This document shows positions 36,455 through 47,720 of a stretch of DNA of 64,000 nt, piece after piece. This stretch comes from Selaginella moellendorffii (lineage: Eukaryota > Plantae > Lycopodiophyta), in contig NW_003314399.1 of the NCBI RefSeq assembly GCF_000143415.4, positions 1 to 64,000 of the forward strand, read 5' to 3'. The position numbers and the translations under genes were made by a program. The notes beneath the pieces are model-generated. The model was not told the origin of the DNA and made no database searches. It saw nothing but the letters and a program-made list of their open reading frames with translations. Position 1 is the first letter of the stretch. Every line of letters begins with the position of its first letter.

Positions 36455-38297
36455 CGCTCTCTCCTCCATCTCCTCTCCTCCAATCATATTCACATATGGT
36501 TGTCAATCACAAACATAAAATTGATAAATATCCCTTTACCTTTTTTATGTTTTTTGAGTTGGTCTCTCTATTTCTATCATTAAGATTTCCTCCTTTTCAT
36601 CATAGTCATCATCATTAATGTCATATTTCTCAATATCCCACTCCTTTGCCATCTATTCTAATATATATCAATGAAATGAGTAAGGAGTATAACTTTAGGG
36701 CAATACTACCTAAAACATAGAGAAGGAATAATTTTATGATAGAAAGTTAAAGATTGTTTAAGAGTGCAATATTGAGAGTCTTTGCGAGTTAGAGACTAAG
36801 TTGAGCATAATTAATAATAAGCATCTACAATCAATTGAATTGATAGATAAAGCATATAAATTAGTTTTTAGAAGTGGGAAACTGGAGTATAAAAAAGTAC
36901 CTACTTTTGCTTAATTTTGTTTACAATAGTGCTTAATAATTAATTATTAGCATTGCCATTCATAGCAATGTATAGTTATAAATCAAGGCTTATTGTGAGT
37001 TTGAGTTTAGTTTTTGTTTGAGTGCCTTTTATTTGTGATTTTCTCAAGATTATTCAAATAATCTTGAGCAGGCAAGCTCAAAAACAAGATAAAAGGTTAA
37101 CTAATGAATATCATTATCATCAAAAGTATAAAATTGATGATAAAATTTTCTTTAAGCTATGTAATGTAAAATGGTCTCTAAAAGGAGGTAATAGTGTGAA
37201 GTTGTCTCTACAATATTATGGACTTTGGACAATTTTACAATATGTGGGGGATCTTACTTACACTTTGGATTTATTAGTTAGTTTGAAAATTCATCAAACA
37301 TTCATATCACCAAGTTTAAAACATATATACACTCTAGTGATGTTATGGATCAATTCATAATCCAAGTCCTAAAGATTAATGCTGAAAAGATTAGTCCAAT
37401 AAGAATTTTCACTCAAAAGTTAGTAAAGGCATATAACAAAACAATTTAGGAATTTTTGGTTCAATAGAATAGTTATTCATGGATGAGGTCACATGAAATC
37501 AAGGATGACATGAAAAAAGTGTTTCTGAGTTTCCATTATGGCTTTCCGAAGAAGGGGAAAATTAAGTTTTTTAACCGTATTATTATATAATTTGAGTTAT
37601 TGCTTTATTCTTATTCTTTTATTTCCATAACTGTATTATCATATAAATTTTTTTTTCTTTCATTGTTGTTTGCTACAATGTTAATATTGCTATTTACACA
37701 TCTTTTCTCTATGGCTGTATTACTTTGAACTCCCTTCATTTAAGTATTACCTTGGACTCTCTTCATCTAAAGCTAGTTTAGCTTTTCAAATACTACTATT
37801 AATGGATGAAAGGAGAACAACACGACCAACTGAAAAATTCTAAGAATATTCTATGAGCGTTGGCCTTTGTTTGTTTCACCCACAGCCATGAAATAAGAAA
37901 CTAGCAAACAACACAACAAAATCGTGTATCACACCAACATTGTCCTCTGTGGCGTGTCGGATCGATTGATTGGCCACTCATCCTACAAGGAATATCATAT
38001 TTCCAAGTATATTCTCCATGTGTGGTAGTGTTAAAGCCTGTTAAAACATCAACTTCAGTGATATTTTTGAGTAGGACAATACATTTTGGGCTATCACACA
38101 CCAAGCCAGATAGAGGATCTGTACAAGTAGTGTATAATAGGATATTATAGAATCTTTCGTTACATATTTTATTTCAACATTTAGTTTCACATTTACGTGG
38201 TTTATAACATACAGCCACTGGCAAGTTATGCCGAAGTAGATGTCTAAAGATTCAAGGGTTAAAGAATCTAGAGCCCTAAATTTTAGGGTTCTTAGGG

Positions 38298-38681
38298 ATG
38301 GCATCGTCCGCCTACGAGAGCGTCAAGGGAGGTAAGCTCTCGCTCAAGCTCGGCGCCAATGCGGCCGACAGGCCGATCGCGAAGAAGAGGAAGAAGAAGA
38401 AATCCAAGGCGCAGGAGGAGGAAGAATCCGGCGCAGGGAAGACACTGGAGGAATCCGGGGGCTATGAGATCGACACAGGGATAGGGCATGCGCCGGATGG
38501 GAAGAAGAGTAAGAAATACGAGGAGCTCTTCCCTGTGGAGACGAAGAGATTCGGGTATGAGATCCCGAAATCTTCTGCTGCCGCGGCCGCGGCTGTCGCG
38601 GCGTCTGCGAAGGAATCGGCATCGCGAGAGGCGGCTCTGGACGAGCGCGTGAAGAAGAAAGCCGACCGCTATTGCAAGTAA
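38298..38681 (+). CDS. Small basic nuclear protein, FRG1-like (N- and C-terminal motifs only)
   Basis: 127-aa intronless ORF: YESVKGGKLSLK plus a Lys-rich NLS at the N-terminus, and LDERVKKKADRYCK at the C-terminus, resembling the FRG1 terminus KADRYCK as I recall it. Confidence 0.7.
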   Translation: MASSAYESVKGGKLSLKLGANAADRPIAKKRKKKKSKAQEEEESGAGKTLEESGGYEIDTGIGHAPDGKKSKKYEELFPVETKRFGYEIPKSSAAAAAAVAASAKESASREAALDERVKKKADRYCK

Positions 38682-38902
38682 GAAAATACCTTGTCAGCAG
38701 CTTAGCTAGTGTGACATGGCCGTGCCACATCGGAGACTTTGGATCCAGATGGTCACGACTCCTTGTTTAGTTTGCTCCGGGAATTCAAGCAGCCATTTGG
38801 CCTTCCATCTTCCCGGGACGGCTGGACCAAGATTTGGATTTTTACTGCTCGACGATCTAATGGGAGGCAGCTTTGCTTTGGTGCCGTGCTGCTGGATTTC
38901 TC

Positions 38903-40915
38903 ATGGAAGCCCGTGTTGCTGGGAGCCTCAGCTTTGCCGTGAGAAGATTAGCACAGCACAGGAACGCTACTGTTGTCAGCTTTCGCTACGTCCCTCCACA
39001 CAACTCCGGATATCGAGCTCTTCCCAGTTTGCTCGATTGTCTTGTGTCTTCTAATGGTGGAAGGGATAAGCAGCAGCAGCAGCAGCAGCAGCAACATGGA
39101 TATAGAGTCGAGCTTCGTAGAGTAGACCAGGGAAGATTTCGTGTCCCTCATGGCTTCAAGGATGGAGCTGCTGCTCGGCTCCCGCCATTGTTATTTTTCT
39201 CCTCCGATGCTTCTTCCAGAAATGATAGGAAGGTGGCGAGTGAGGAAGAGAAAGAAAAGGCGAGGAAGTGGCGCAAGAGGCTTGTGGCATCAGTGGAAGA
39301 ACTCCAAGTTAGTGACGATCCTTTGCCGGATAAGTTGGAGAAGAAGACCCTTCTGCAAAAGACATGGAATCTGCTTGTGAGGATCGGTTCGGGACTGAGA
39401 AACATGGCTTCGATGAGCAGGCAAGGTTTTTTGTTAGTGCTAGTTCCTTGATTTTCTTAATAGTTTGCTTACTCCAGAGAGGACTGGGCAAAGTGGCTCA
39501 AGAAAGCAAAGACGACTGTGTGGCTGGAGTTGCAACATTATTGGGTTGGAAGTAAGTTGCTATGGGCGGAGATCCGGATTTCCACCAGGCTTCTCGTCCA
39601 GCTCTCGGGTGGTAAGAAGCTAAGCCGAAGAGAACAGCTCCAACTAAGGCGGACAGCAGGAGACATTGCTCGTTTAGTCCCGTTCATAATTATCGTCATC
39701 GTGCCCTTCATGGAGTTCTTACTGCCAGTTCTTCTCAAGGTCTTCCCCAACATGCTACCATCAACATTCCAGGACAAGTTGAAGCAGGAGGTCCGTTTTA
39801 TATCTTTTGCGCCAACGTACAATCAGTCTAGTTCTGTTTTTTCAGGCGGAGTTGACAAAACGATTGGAAACACGGCTTCGCCACGCGAAAGGCTTAAAGA
39901 ATGCGTTACTGGAAATGGTGGACGAGCTCAAATCCAAACGGGGAGAAGATATTCAGAAAACCGCCAAAAATCTTGACGACTTTATGACCAAGGTCCTCGC
40001 GAATAATATTTTTTGTCATCTGGTTTTATGGAACATGCTTTGTCTCTGGCAGGTCCGCACTGGACAAAACATAAAAAACGCGGACATACTGGGATTTGCA
40101 AAGCTCTTCAATGACGAACTGACTTTGGACAACATCAGCAGGTCTGAGCCGTGATTTTCCTGCACCAAAGGTTTAAACGTTTTCCTTGTAAACGCAGGCC
40201 GCGATTGATAAGCATGTGTAAATACATGGGCTTACGACCATTTGGGACGGATGCGTATCTGCGCTACACTCTTCGCAAAAAACTGGCATGGTAAGAGCTA
40301 GCAGTAGCTTCAAGCTTACGCAGTGTAGCTCCTTACTTCCAGGATCAAATCCGATGACCGGCTAATCAGAATGGAAGGAATAGACTCACTTTCGGAACCC
40401 GAGCTTCGAGCTGCTTGCCGGGAACGAGGAATGCTTGTTTCTTTGACACCACAAGAGATGAAAGCACAGGTAAAGTCTCTATTTTTCTTAAGAAAACTGC
40501 GTCTTAAGTTTGAAGAGAGCTTTCTGCAGCTAAGCAACTGGCTTGATTTGTCACTAGATCACTCAGTACCATCCTCGCTCCTCATCTTGTCCAGGTAAAA
40601 ACTTTACCTTTCGTTTCCGGCTGTGTCATTGTTTTTTCTTGCAGGGCGTTCGTCCCGGACAAACTAAAACCGGCAGAAGCTGTCCAAGCGACACTGTCAT
40701 CGCTTCCAGACGAAGTGGTGGACTCGGTCGGTGTCACAGTGCTGCCCAGCGAGGACACGCTTGAGGAGCGCCGGCGCAAACTGGAATTTCTAAAGCAGCA
40801 GGAAGAGCTCATCAAGGTATTTTCCCACAAGAACATCTCTGCAAAACCTCTACCACCGCTCGCTTTCCAGCAAGAGCAAACGCCACCAGCAAGAACGCCT
40901 GAGAAGCCCAAGTAG
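38903..40915 (+). CDS. LETM1: LETM1/Mdm38-like mitochondrial inner-membrane protein, ~9 exons
   Basis: LQHYWVGSKLLWAEIRIS, RLVPFIIIVIVPFMEFLLPVLLKVFPNMLPSTF, FNDELTLDNISRP, ELRAACRERG and VPSSLLILSR; poly-Q from a CAG repeat in exon 1. Confidence 0.92.
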
Positions 40916-41124
40916 CTGATCCGTCGAGTTTTCAGGCAACTTGATGGCTATTGTTTCAAAACATCCGACTGACTTCTTACACATTTTTGCAGGAAAGTCT
41001 TACTTCAAAGCCAAGGAAGTGATTGAGGTGGTTCTCTCTGAAATTCATAAACAACAAAGAGGAAAAACTATCACGAATCTTGATATCTTACATAAACACC
41101 TCCAAATGTTACAGCTTGCTGCCA

Positions 41125-41694
41125 CTACCACTCGCTCTCGCGCGTCACGTATTGGAACAAGATGACGGTGCTCGTCAAAATAATGAAAGACGAGTAAGCG
41201 AGAAACATGGCGCCGATCTCTATCAACATCGCATGGCGCAAAATGGCCGGAATCGCAATGCTTCCCACGGTTGAAAATCCCGTCAGGAACTTTGCAGCAT
41301 CAGCCCAGCTATAACAGTCCAGGTAAGCTCTCTAGAGAGGAAGAAAAAAAGAGAAGCTTACTCTCCAGTAGCATCGCCGACAGATAGAAGCGACTCGGAC
41401 GAAGAGCTTCCGAAGAACAAGCAAGGCATTGGAACCATCACGTACATGAGAGCTGGAGAAGAAGAATCAAAGCAAAGAACTTCCAAAGTTGATCGAGGTA
41501 CCTGTGAGCATTGGCCACCAATTGCTGTACAAGGCACAAGCCTGTGAAAGAAAACGAGTTTTAATCCACCAGAGAGAAATCTTCCATCTACTCACCAGGA
41601 TTTGCATCATAATTCCCACAGAAAACATGAACGCCAGTCCAGCAAGCCTACAGGGGTGCAAGCACGCGAGAAAATAAGCTGAAGTGTCTGCCAT
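41125..41694 (-). CDS. VPS55: Vacuolar protein sorting 55 (OB-RGRP/LEPROT family), 4 exons
   Basis: GIMMQILACALYSNWWPML, MYVMVPMPCLFF and WADAAKFLTGFSTVGSIAIPAILRHA. Confidence 0.9.
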
Positions 41695-42058
41695 TGTGCC
41701 CGTGAGAACAACACTCACACTGCTCTCGGCGACGCCGAATCAATCGCCATCGCCAGTGCCACAGCGCGCAAGAATCCGTGCTATAATCTTAGCTACATGA
41801 CCAGGGATGGAATCTCAAATCGCCAAACCTTCGATCGTCATCGCCATAGCAGGAGCTCTCCAAGTAATAGTGAAAGAAACCCTAGAGAGGAAGGAGAGAG
41901 AGGGGTTTGGGATCGAACACGCGACGTCCACGTGTACGGTAGGGGTTGGAAGGGATTTGCAATATATTCCTTGCGGAGGGCGAGAGAGAGAGGAGCAAGA
42001 CGCGCGGACGCCTGGCGCTGGCGTCGATCGATCGATGACGCTCACGGGAGGAGCGGCG

Positions 42059-43552
42059 ATGGAGATCGCAATGCCTGCTGTGAGGAATGCGGCTCAGGTG
42101 AACGCTCTAGGCGCTGGAGTGGGAGAAATCTCCTGCTCCACCTCCTCCTTTTGTAGAATGCAGCAGCGCAGGGAGAAATCTCCATCTCTTGCATGGCGTG
42201 GGAGGCGAGCTATAGCCTCCGCGATCGATCTAAGGTCCGATTCGGCTGTGAGCAGCAACGGCGTCGCAGCTGCGACGCTGATCCCAACGCCGACCAAGGA
42301 TCTCAGCAGCGGTGCCAGCGATGATCCACCTTTCGGGATTCTCTACAGTGAGAATTTTACTATACGCTGTTACGAGGTGGGCACGAACAAGAAGGCGTCC
42401 ATCCAGACCATCGCAAATCTTCTCCAGGTATGGAAATTCTTTCCTTTCTTCGCTTGTCAAGAGCTTTTTGAGAATTTTAGGAGGTGGCTTGTAACCAAGT
42501 GAGAACACTTGGATTTTCCACGGATGGATTCGCGACAACTTTATCGATGCGAAAGCATCATCTCATCTGGGTGACTGTTCGCATGCACATCGAAATGGAC
42601 GATTATCCAAACTGGTTGGTAAAACTGCGTGCTTTGTTTTTCTTTTCTGTGACAGAGCTTTTGATCTTACAGGGGTGACGCCGTGCAAGCCCAAACATGG
42701 TTCCAGGAGAATAGAAATGGGACCCGACGCGATTGGCTGTTAAAGGATGTCAATACCGGGTTGACACTCGGTCGAGCTACCAGGTTTGTCTTTTTGCAGT
42801 ATCGATTCTTTGTTATAGCGAAACGGTTTTTCTTTCTTTTTTTTCCCTTTTTGTTGTTGTGCAGCACCTGGGTGATGATGAATCAAGAAACAAGGCGATT
42901 TGCAAGAATAAATGAAGAGATCAGGGGAGAATATCACCAATACGCGTTAGATCCTCCAAGGTCGGGATTCAGCTGTTTATGTCGCAAGCGTGACGCCGTT
43001 CGTATGTTGTTTCTGCATTTTAGATTTTCGTTCCCAGAAGATCATGCCACATACAAGAAGCACCAACTGGCGAAACTGGAAAACGCAGAGCATCATATCA
43101 CCGGGCTCAAGGTAAATCGTGTCTTGTCGTGGTGCTATCTTAAACGTTGCTGCTTTGAGGCTTTAAACTCTCCATAATGCAGCCGAGACGGGCGGATCTC
43201 GACATGAATCAACATGTGAACAACGTGGCGTACATAGGCTGGATGATGGAGGTACTAGAATCACATTTCTCGTGCTCTAGCAGATCTACTAATCCTTACA
43301 AAATCCTAGAGCCTCCCGGCTGACATCGCAAACAGCCACGAGCTCCGCGGGATCATCCTGGAATTCAAGCAGGAGTGCAAGCACGACGACTGCGTGGAAT
43401 CGATGGCAGCTAAATTCTCTCCAGCGGACCAATCCGGCGACGAAGAACACCAGTTTTTGCATCTTCTCAGACTCGATGGCAGCAGCCGAGAGATCAACCG
43501 AGGCTGGACTCACTGGGTGAAAGCCAAAGAAAGTTCACAGCAGGGAGCTTGA
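42059..43552 (+). CDS. FATA: Plastid acyl-ACP thioesterase, FatA-like, multi-exon
   Basis: Transit-peptide-like N-terminus; FTIRCYEVG, IANLLQE, GFSTDGFATT, LIWVT, catalytic DLDMNQHVNN and EFKQEC. Confidence 0.9.
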
Positions 43553-45230
43553 CAGGGAGCTTGACTTCTGTGAAGTTTTGCGAGGGTTTGGAGGTTAAAA
43601 GGTAACCTCGTTTCTAAGATTCTATAGTCACATCCTTCCTCGCTCTGTGCTCTTCCAGATCACAGGTACTTGATCGATACGTAAAAAAGACACAAAGGAA
43701 CCACCAATAAAAAGTCAAACGCTACGAACGATATATACACTTCGTCCAATCAATCAACCATCCTTCACAGTTTTGAGCTAAAGTAAAGAATCTCGTAAAC
43801 TCTTGACTTGATCAGCCCAGCTGAAAATCCGGGTCGATTGCGTCATGATTAGGATGGGCGCTCCAAAATGTGTGTCGTGGTTGGCTTCATTAATAACATC
43901 TCGGCTGGCTGCCAGCGGATCTCTCACCCGTTAACGTATAGATACCCAAGAATATCACCGGAATCTCGAGAACCTGCCCAGCACTTTGTTTATACAATCA
44001 AGAAAAAAGGTAGCAAGCTGGTCCTTTCCCTTTCTTTTCAAACGCCCGGCGGTTTCCCGCGCTGCCAAGCGTAGGTGGCGAGATAGTATATCGTATTAAT
44101 ACGGACGCCTTAAAGGAGATCTCTCGCTTCCCTCTGGAGAGAACTCCCGCAGAGTGGCAGCGCAGCTATAGCTACTGTCCATCAAAACGTTGCTTTCATC
44201 TCTCCGCCAATGTCGCCGTCGAGCTCTCACTCACTCGGTCGCCGTCGAGAGCGCGCAGAGATTTTAATGAATGCCTCCGCCATGGCTCACAGTCACAGCA
44301 GCACAGAGAAAAGAATCGAAAGGAAAAAGCATGACTTGAGTGAGTGCTGCGAGGGAGGCGAGTAGACACTGGGCACAAGTCCTGTGTACTATACTGTAGC
44401 GCAATAGATGAGAGTACACTCGCCTCCACTGGTCAGCAGCAACCAGCTTGAGAGATCACTTCACCCCCTTTTCGCTTTCACGGCTATGAATGCTCCCTCC
44501 CCGGATGGATCAAAGTGGCTGCGTGTCCAGATTCCAAAGCAACGAGACGAAACTGTCGCTGAGAGCGAGTGATCGCCACCGCTGCTGTGGTTACCCCGTT
44601 CCAGTCGAAAGAGCTGCTTCTTTGATCGGGTTGATCGATCGATCGATCTCTTCTTTGCTCGCTAGCTTTTCGTCGCAAATGGCGCACCCGAATTGATGGA
44701 GAGCTCGCTTGGTTGGCTGCCTGCTGCTATGTGCCAGTTCCAACTTTTCCTTTCTTCTTTTCTCTTGGCCACCACGGACGGACGGACTGCGCCGCTGCTC
44801 GCTCTGGCACCATTTAAGAACGCTTCTCCACGAAACTTTTCTCCTTTTCTTCCTCTCTGTTCCCGGCCCAGGGATGGAAGAAAAGAGGTACCTTGCGTGC
44901 TTGCTTGCTTGCTAATGCCGCTCTAGCTCAGCTCGCTGCGCACTCGCCTCCTTTTTTCTCGCATCGCATCTGTCCGGTCACGAAAAGCAGAGATCACCTG
45001 GCACACACCACAATGTTTGTGAGCAGCGATGCCACAATTAAAAACATCCAAGCACATGCCATGCCACCCACATTTGCCACGAAAAAAGAAACTATTCTCT
45101 TGAATGAATGATGCCAACGATCCGAGCCCCCATTCATGGCACACGATGCGATAAACAAAAGAAGGAAAAGGCAAGAACACAAAGAAAAAGCAAAAAAAAA
45201 AGAGCAAGAGCTACCTTTGGGGGTGGCTTT

Positions 45231-46127
45231 TCAATCCTCCTCTCCAAGACCAACTAGTCGAGCCGATGACGATCCCAGATCCTGCCAAACATCCGAAAAG
45301 GACTGCTTGATCACCTCGTGGTGCTCGGGCGAATTCAAGCTCAAGTAGCAGAACAAGAGCTCCTCGAGATCGCACCACTGCTGGAGACCCTTCTCCCGGA
45401 TCATCTCCAGCATCGAGTCCCGGAAGTCCTGGTAGGGATTGTGGGAGTACTTCACCAGCGGGATGCTGTCCGCCACCACCCCCTTGATCTCCGACGGCAA
45501 GCATGCAGAGAAGCTGTTGTCGTTGTGATTCCTCCTCTTTCTCGCCCAGCCACCGCCGTGGCCGCTGCATGAGCCGGCCAGGTCGAGATCGCAATCGCCC
45601 TCTTCCTCCTCCCCATTCTCTCCCCCTGGATCGGAGCAGCAGTCGGAAGAAGAAGTGGAGCACGCCTCCACGATGTCAAATTCCGCGATATGAGGATTCC
45701 TGAGCAAAGGGGGAAGAGCGTCGTGATCTTCCTCCTCGCCGCCCTTGTTGGATGATCGCCGCCCTGGATTATTCCCGTCGAGATCACTGCGGCAGCTAGA
45801 CATTGAGGAGAAATCCTGGTCCCAGGGAGGCTCCTTCCTGCTCCTGAGATGGTTCTCTATCAGAGACCCTGCTGCTGCGCTAGAGCTACTGCTAATCTCC
45901 TTATCTTTGTCCGAGACACCCATCCTCTGGGGCAATGCTGCTCCAGATTTGGGCGCTCTAGTGGTGGCATTCTTCTCGGCGGCGACTGATCCCCTCACCG
46001 TCAAATCGTAGCCCCCTCCGCCGCCGCCGCTGCTGCTGTTGCTAGCGCCAGCTCCATCTCTCTTGCCCGCCGCTGTCCCCCGGAGCTTTTGGTACCAGCT
46101 CGACTGCTGCTCGCTTCCTCCTCCCAT
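45231..46127 (-). CDS. OFP: OVATE family protein (transcriptional repressor), intronless
   Basis: C-terminal OVATE domain SIPLVKYSHNPYQDFRDSMLEMI...DLEELLFCYLSLNSPEHHEVIKQSF. Confidence 0.93.
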   Translation of the reverse strand: MGGGSEQQSSWYQKLRGTAAGKRDGAGASNSSSGGGGGGYDLTVRGSVAAEKNATTRAPKSGAALPQRMGVSDKDKEISSSSSAAAGSLIENHLRSRKEPPWDQDFSSMSSCRSDLDGNNPGRRSSNKGGEEEDHDALPPLLRNPHIAEFDIVEACSTSSSDCCSDPGGENGEEEEGDCDLDLAGSCSGHGGGWARKRRNHNDNSFSACLPSEIKGVVADSIPLVKYSHNPYQDFRDSMLEMIREKGLQQWCDLEELLFCYLSLNSPEHHEVIKQSFSDVWQDLGSSSARLVGLGEED

Positions 46128-47498
46128 GGCCACTGCCGCTTAACGGGAAGGAAAGAGAGAAAGACGAGAAACCCTTAAAGCGTGTGTGTGCTCTCAATTC
46201 AAGAGCGGAAATTCTTTAAGAGAATATGCTAGAAACCTCATTTAAAATGCTAGGGTTTTCCCTCCTCTTTTAGCGCTTTTCGACTGTGGAATCGAAGCTT
46301 TGAGGATTGGAGTTGTTTGAAGCTGCGTCTCCAAGTCCTGCATACGAGGATGGCCATAGTTCTAGCAAGTTGTATGCTTGGCAGTTTCGCGAGTGAAATA
46401 AGAATTTGGTCAGCAGGATGCTCGATCTCGGAGCAATATTGACCAGCAGCGAAGATTATGACAGGTTGTGCTTCCGCTCACGCCGTGAACAAGCTAAGGA
46501 TTCCCCAGAGTCGTCCATGGTGGAGCAAGAGTTTGAGCAGTAGGTTCAACTCTTCTACAGAGCTTCATTCACCGAGTGAGCTTGTGTTTGCCAGCATGGG
46601 CTTGCAAGTGCGATTAAGCACCAATTTTGACCACATGGTCAACGTCGGTCAAAAGGAGGCTCAAGGATATATTATAATTTACCTTAGGGCTCATAATGAA
46701 GTTAGTGGACCAGCAATGTAGTGGAGCTTTTGAGGTAGTTCAGAGGTGGTTGAATGGTGAGGAATTTCAAGAGGTGGCATAACATAATCTAGACTGACTA
46801 AATCTTTGTCTTTTTGCACCAAATAATAACAACTATTATCACATTGAGCAACAGTCCTCTCCATCTTGGCAAGTTCCTCTTGCTCGAGTTGCTCCTCTCC
46901 ACCATGGTGCTCGGCTACATGCCTTGAGGAATCAATTGCCAGTCAACCGTCGTCCGGCAAACTATCCTCCAACGATTGAGCTGCTCCTGGTGGCATCGCC
47001 ATACAGGCTCGCTGCAGAGTCCACCTCTTGCACTACTGTTTTGGAAGTCAGACTCCCCCAGAAACAAGACTCTACCACTGGCTTCCATACTTATCACACA
47101 CACCACGTAGCCCCATGCGCGATCTTTGCCAGCTCTTGCCTCTTGCCCTAGCCTGCGATCCAAGAATTGCTCCCAGCCTACAGTCATTCACCCACTTCTT
47201 GAGAAGCGCATCAAAAGCTCTCTTGATCCAAGATAGCTGCAAAAGAAAAAAGGGCCGGATTGCCTCGTCAAGCAAATAAGCTACAAGATCCCACCGTGAA
47301 GATGCTGCAACCAACCCTCTCCCACGCGACATCATGACCCGCCAAAATTCGCCAGCTCTTGCGCCACTTGCCTCGGCCAACTCTCACCCAGGCAGGAGAA
47401 ACAAAGCAAGGTGATGATTGTTGTGGCAATCTTCTCTTCTGGACATAGAACCGTGCACCCCATGCTCATTTACATGGACGGAGCCATATGAACGATTT

Positions 47499-47600
47499 AA
47501 ACGTATTTCAAACCGATTGACCATTTTTCAAAGAACGTGTTTGGCTAAACCTAGAAACTCAACGTATTTCTATTTCAAACCGATTGACCATTTTTCAAAG
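47499..47600. repeat. Direct repeat of ~35 bp (AACGTATTTC...AAACCGATTGACCATTTTTCAAAG), two copies
   Basis: Seen directly in the sequence. Confidence 0.75.
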
Positions 47601-47720
47601 CATCTAGATGCATCGCTTCATAACGTATTTCTGATGCTCGGCCTTGTTTCTTCGCGAAAGATTGTTGACTTCGGTGTGATTTAACCCTATCCAGAGTTTC
47701 TCATGCAACACAATGCAAAA

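Larger units (their letters stand above)
27409..36489. repeat. Large inverted repeat: arms 27409-30513 and 33456-36489, spacer ~2.9 kb
   Basis: The arms are reverse complements across AAE, the intergenic region and the MPP 3' exons and introns; mirror-image ORFs appear in the ORF track. Confidence 0.95.

Noticed and set aside
36500-38250. AT-rich segment as a Helitron or MITE, with short ORFs at 37901-38304
   Set aside because: I could not identify termini, a hairpin, a TSD or protein motifs.
38739-38942. 67-aa ORF overlapping the LETM1 start as a separate gene
   Set aside because: No recognisable domain, and it is frameshifted in the duplicate; at most an upstream ORF.
20994-40915. Cluster of mitochondrial-function genes (RPS11, MPP-alpha, LETM1) as an operon-like system
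   Set aside because: Interspersed with unrelated genes in mixed orientation; expected by chance in a compact genome.
46300-47400. Possible PPR or other gene remnants upstream of OFP
   Set aside because: Translations are stop-ridden with no convincing motif.
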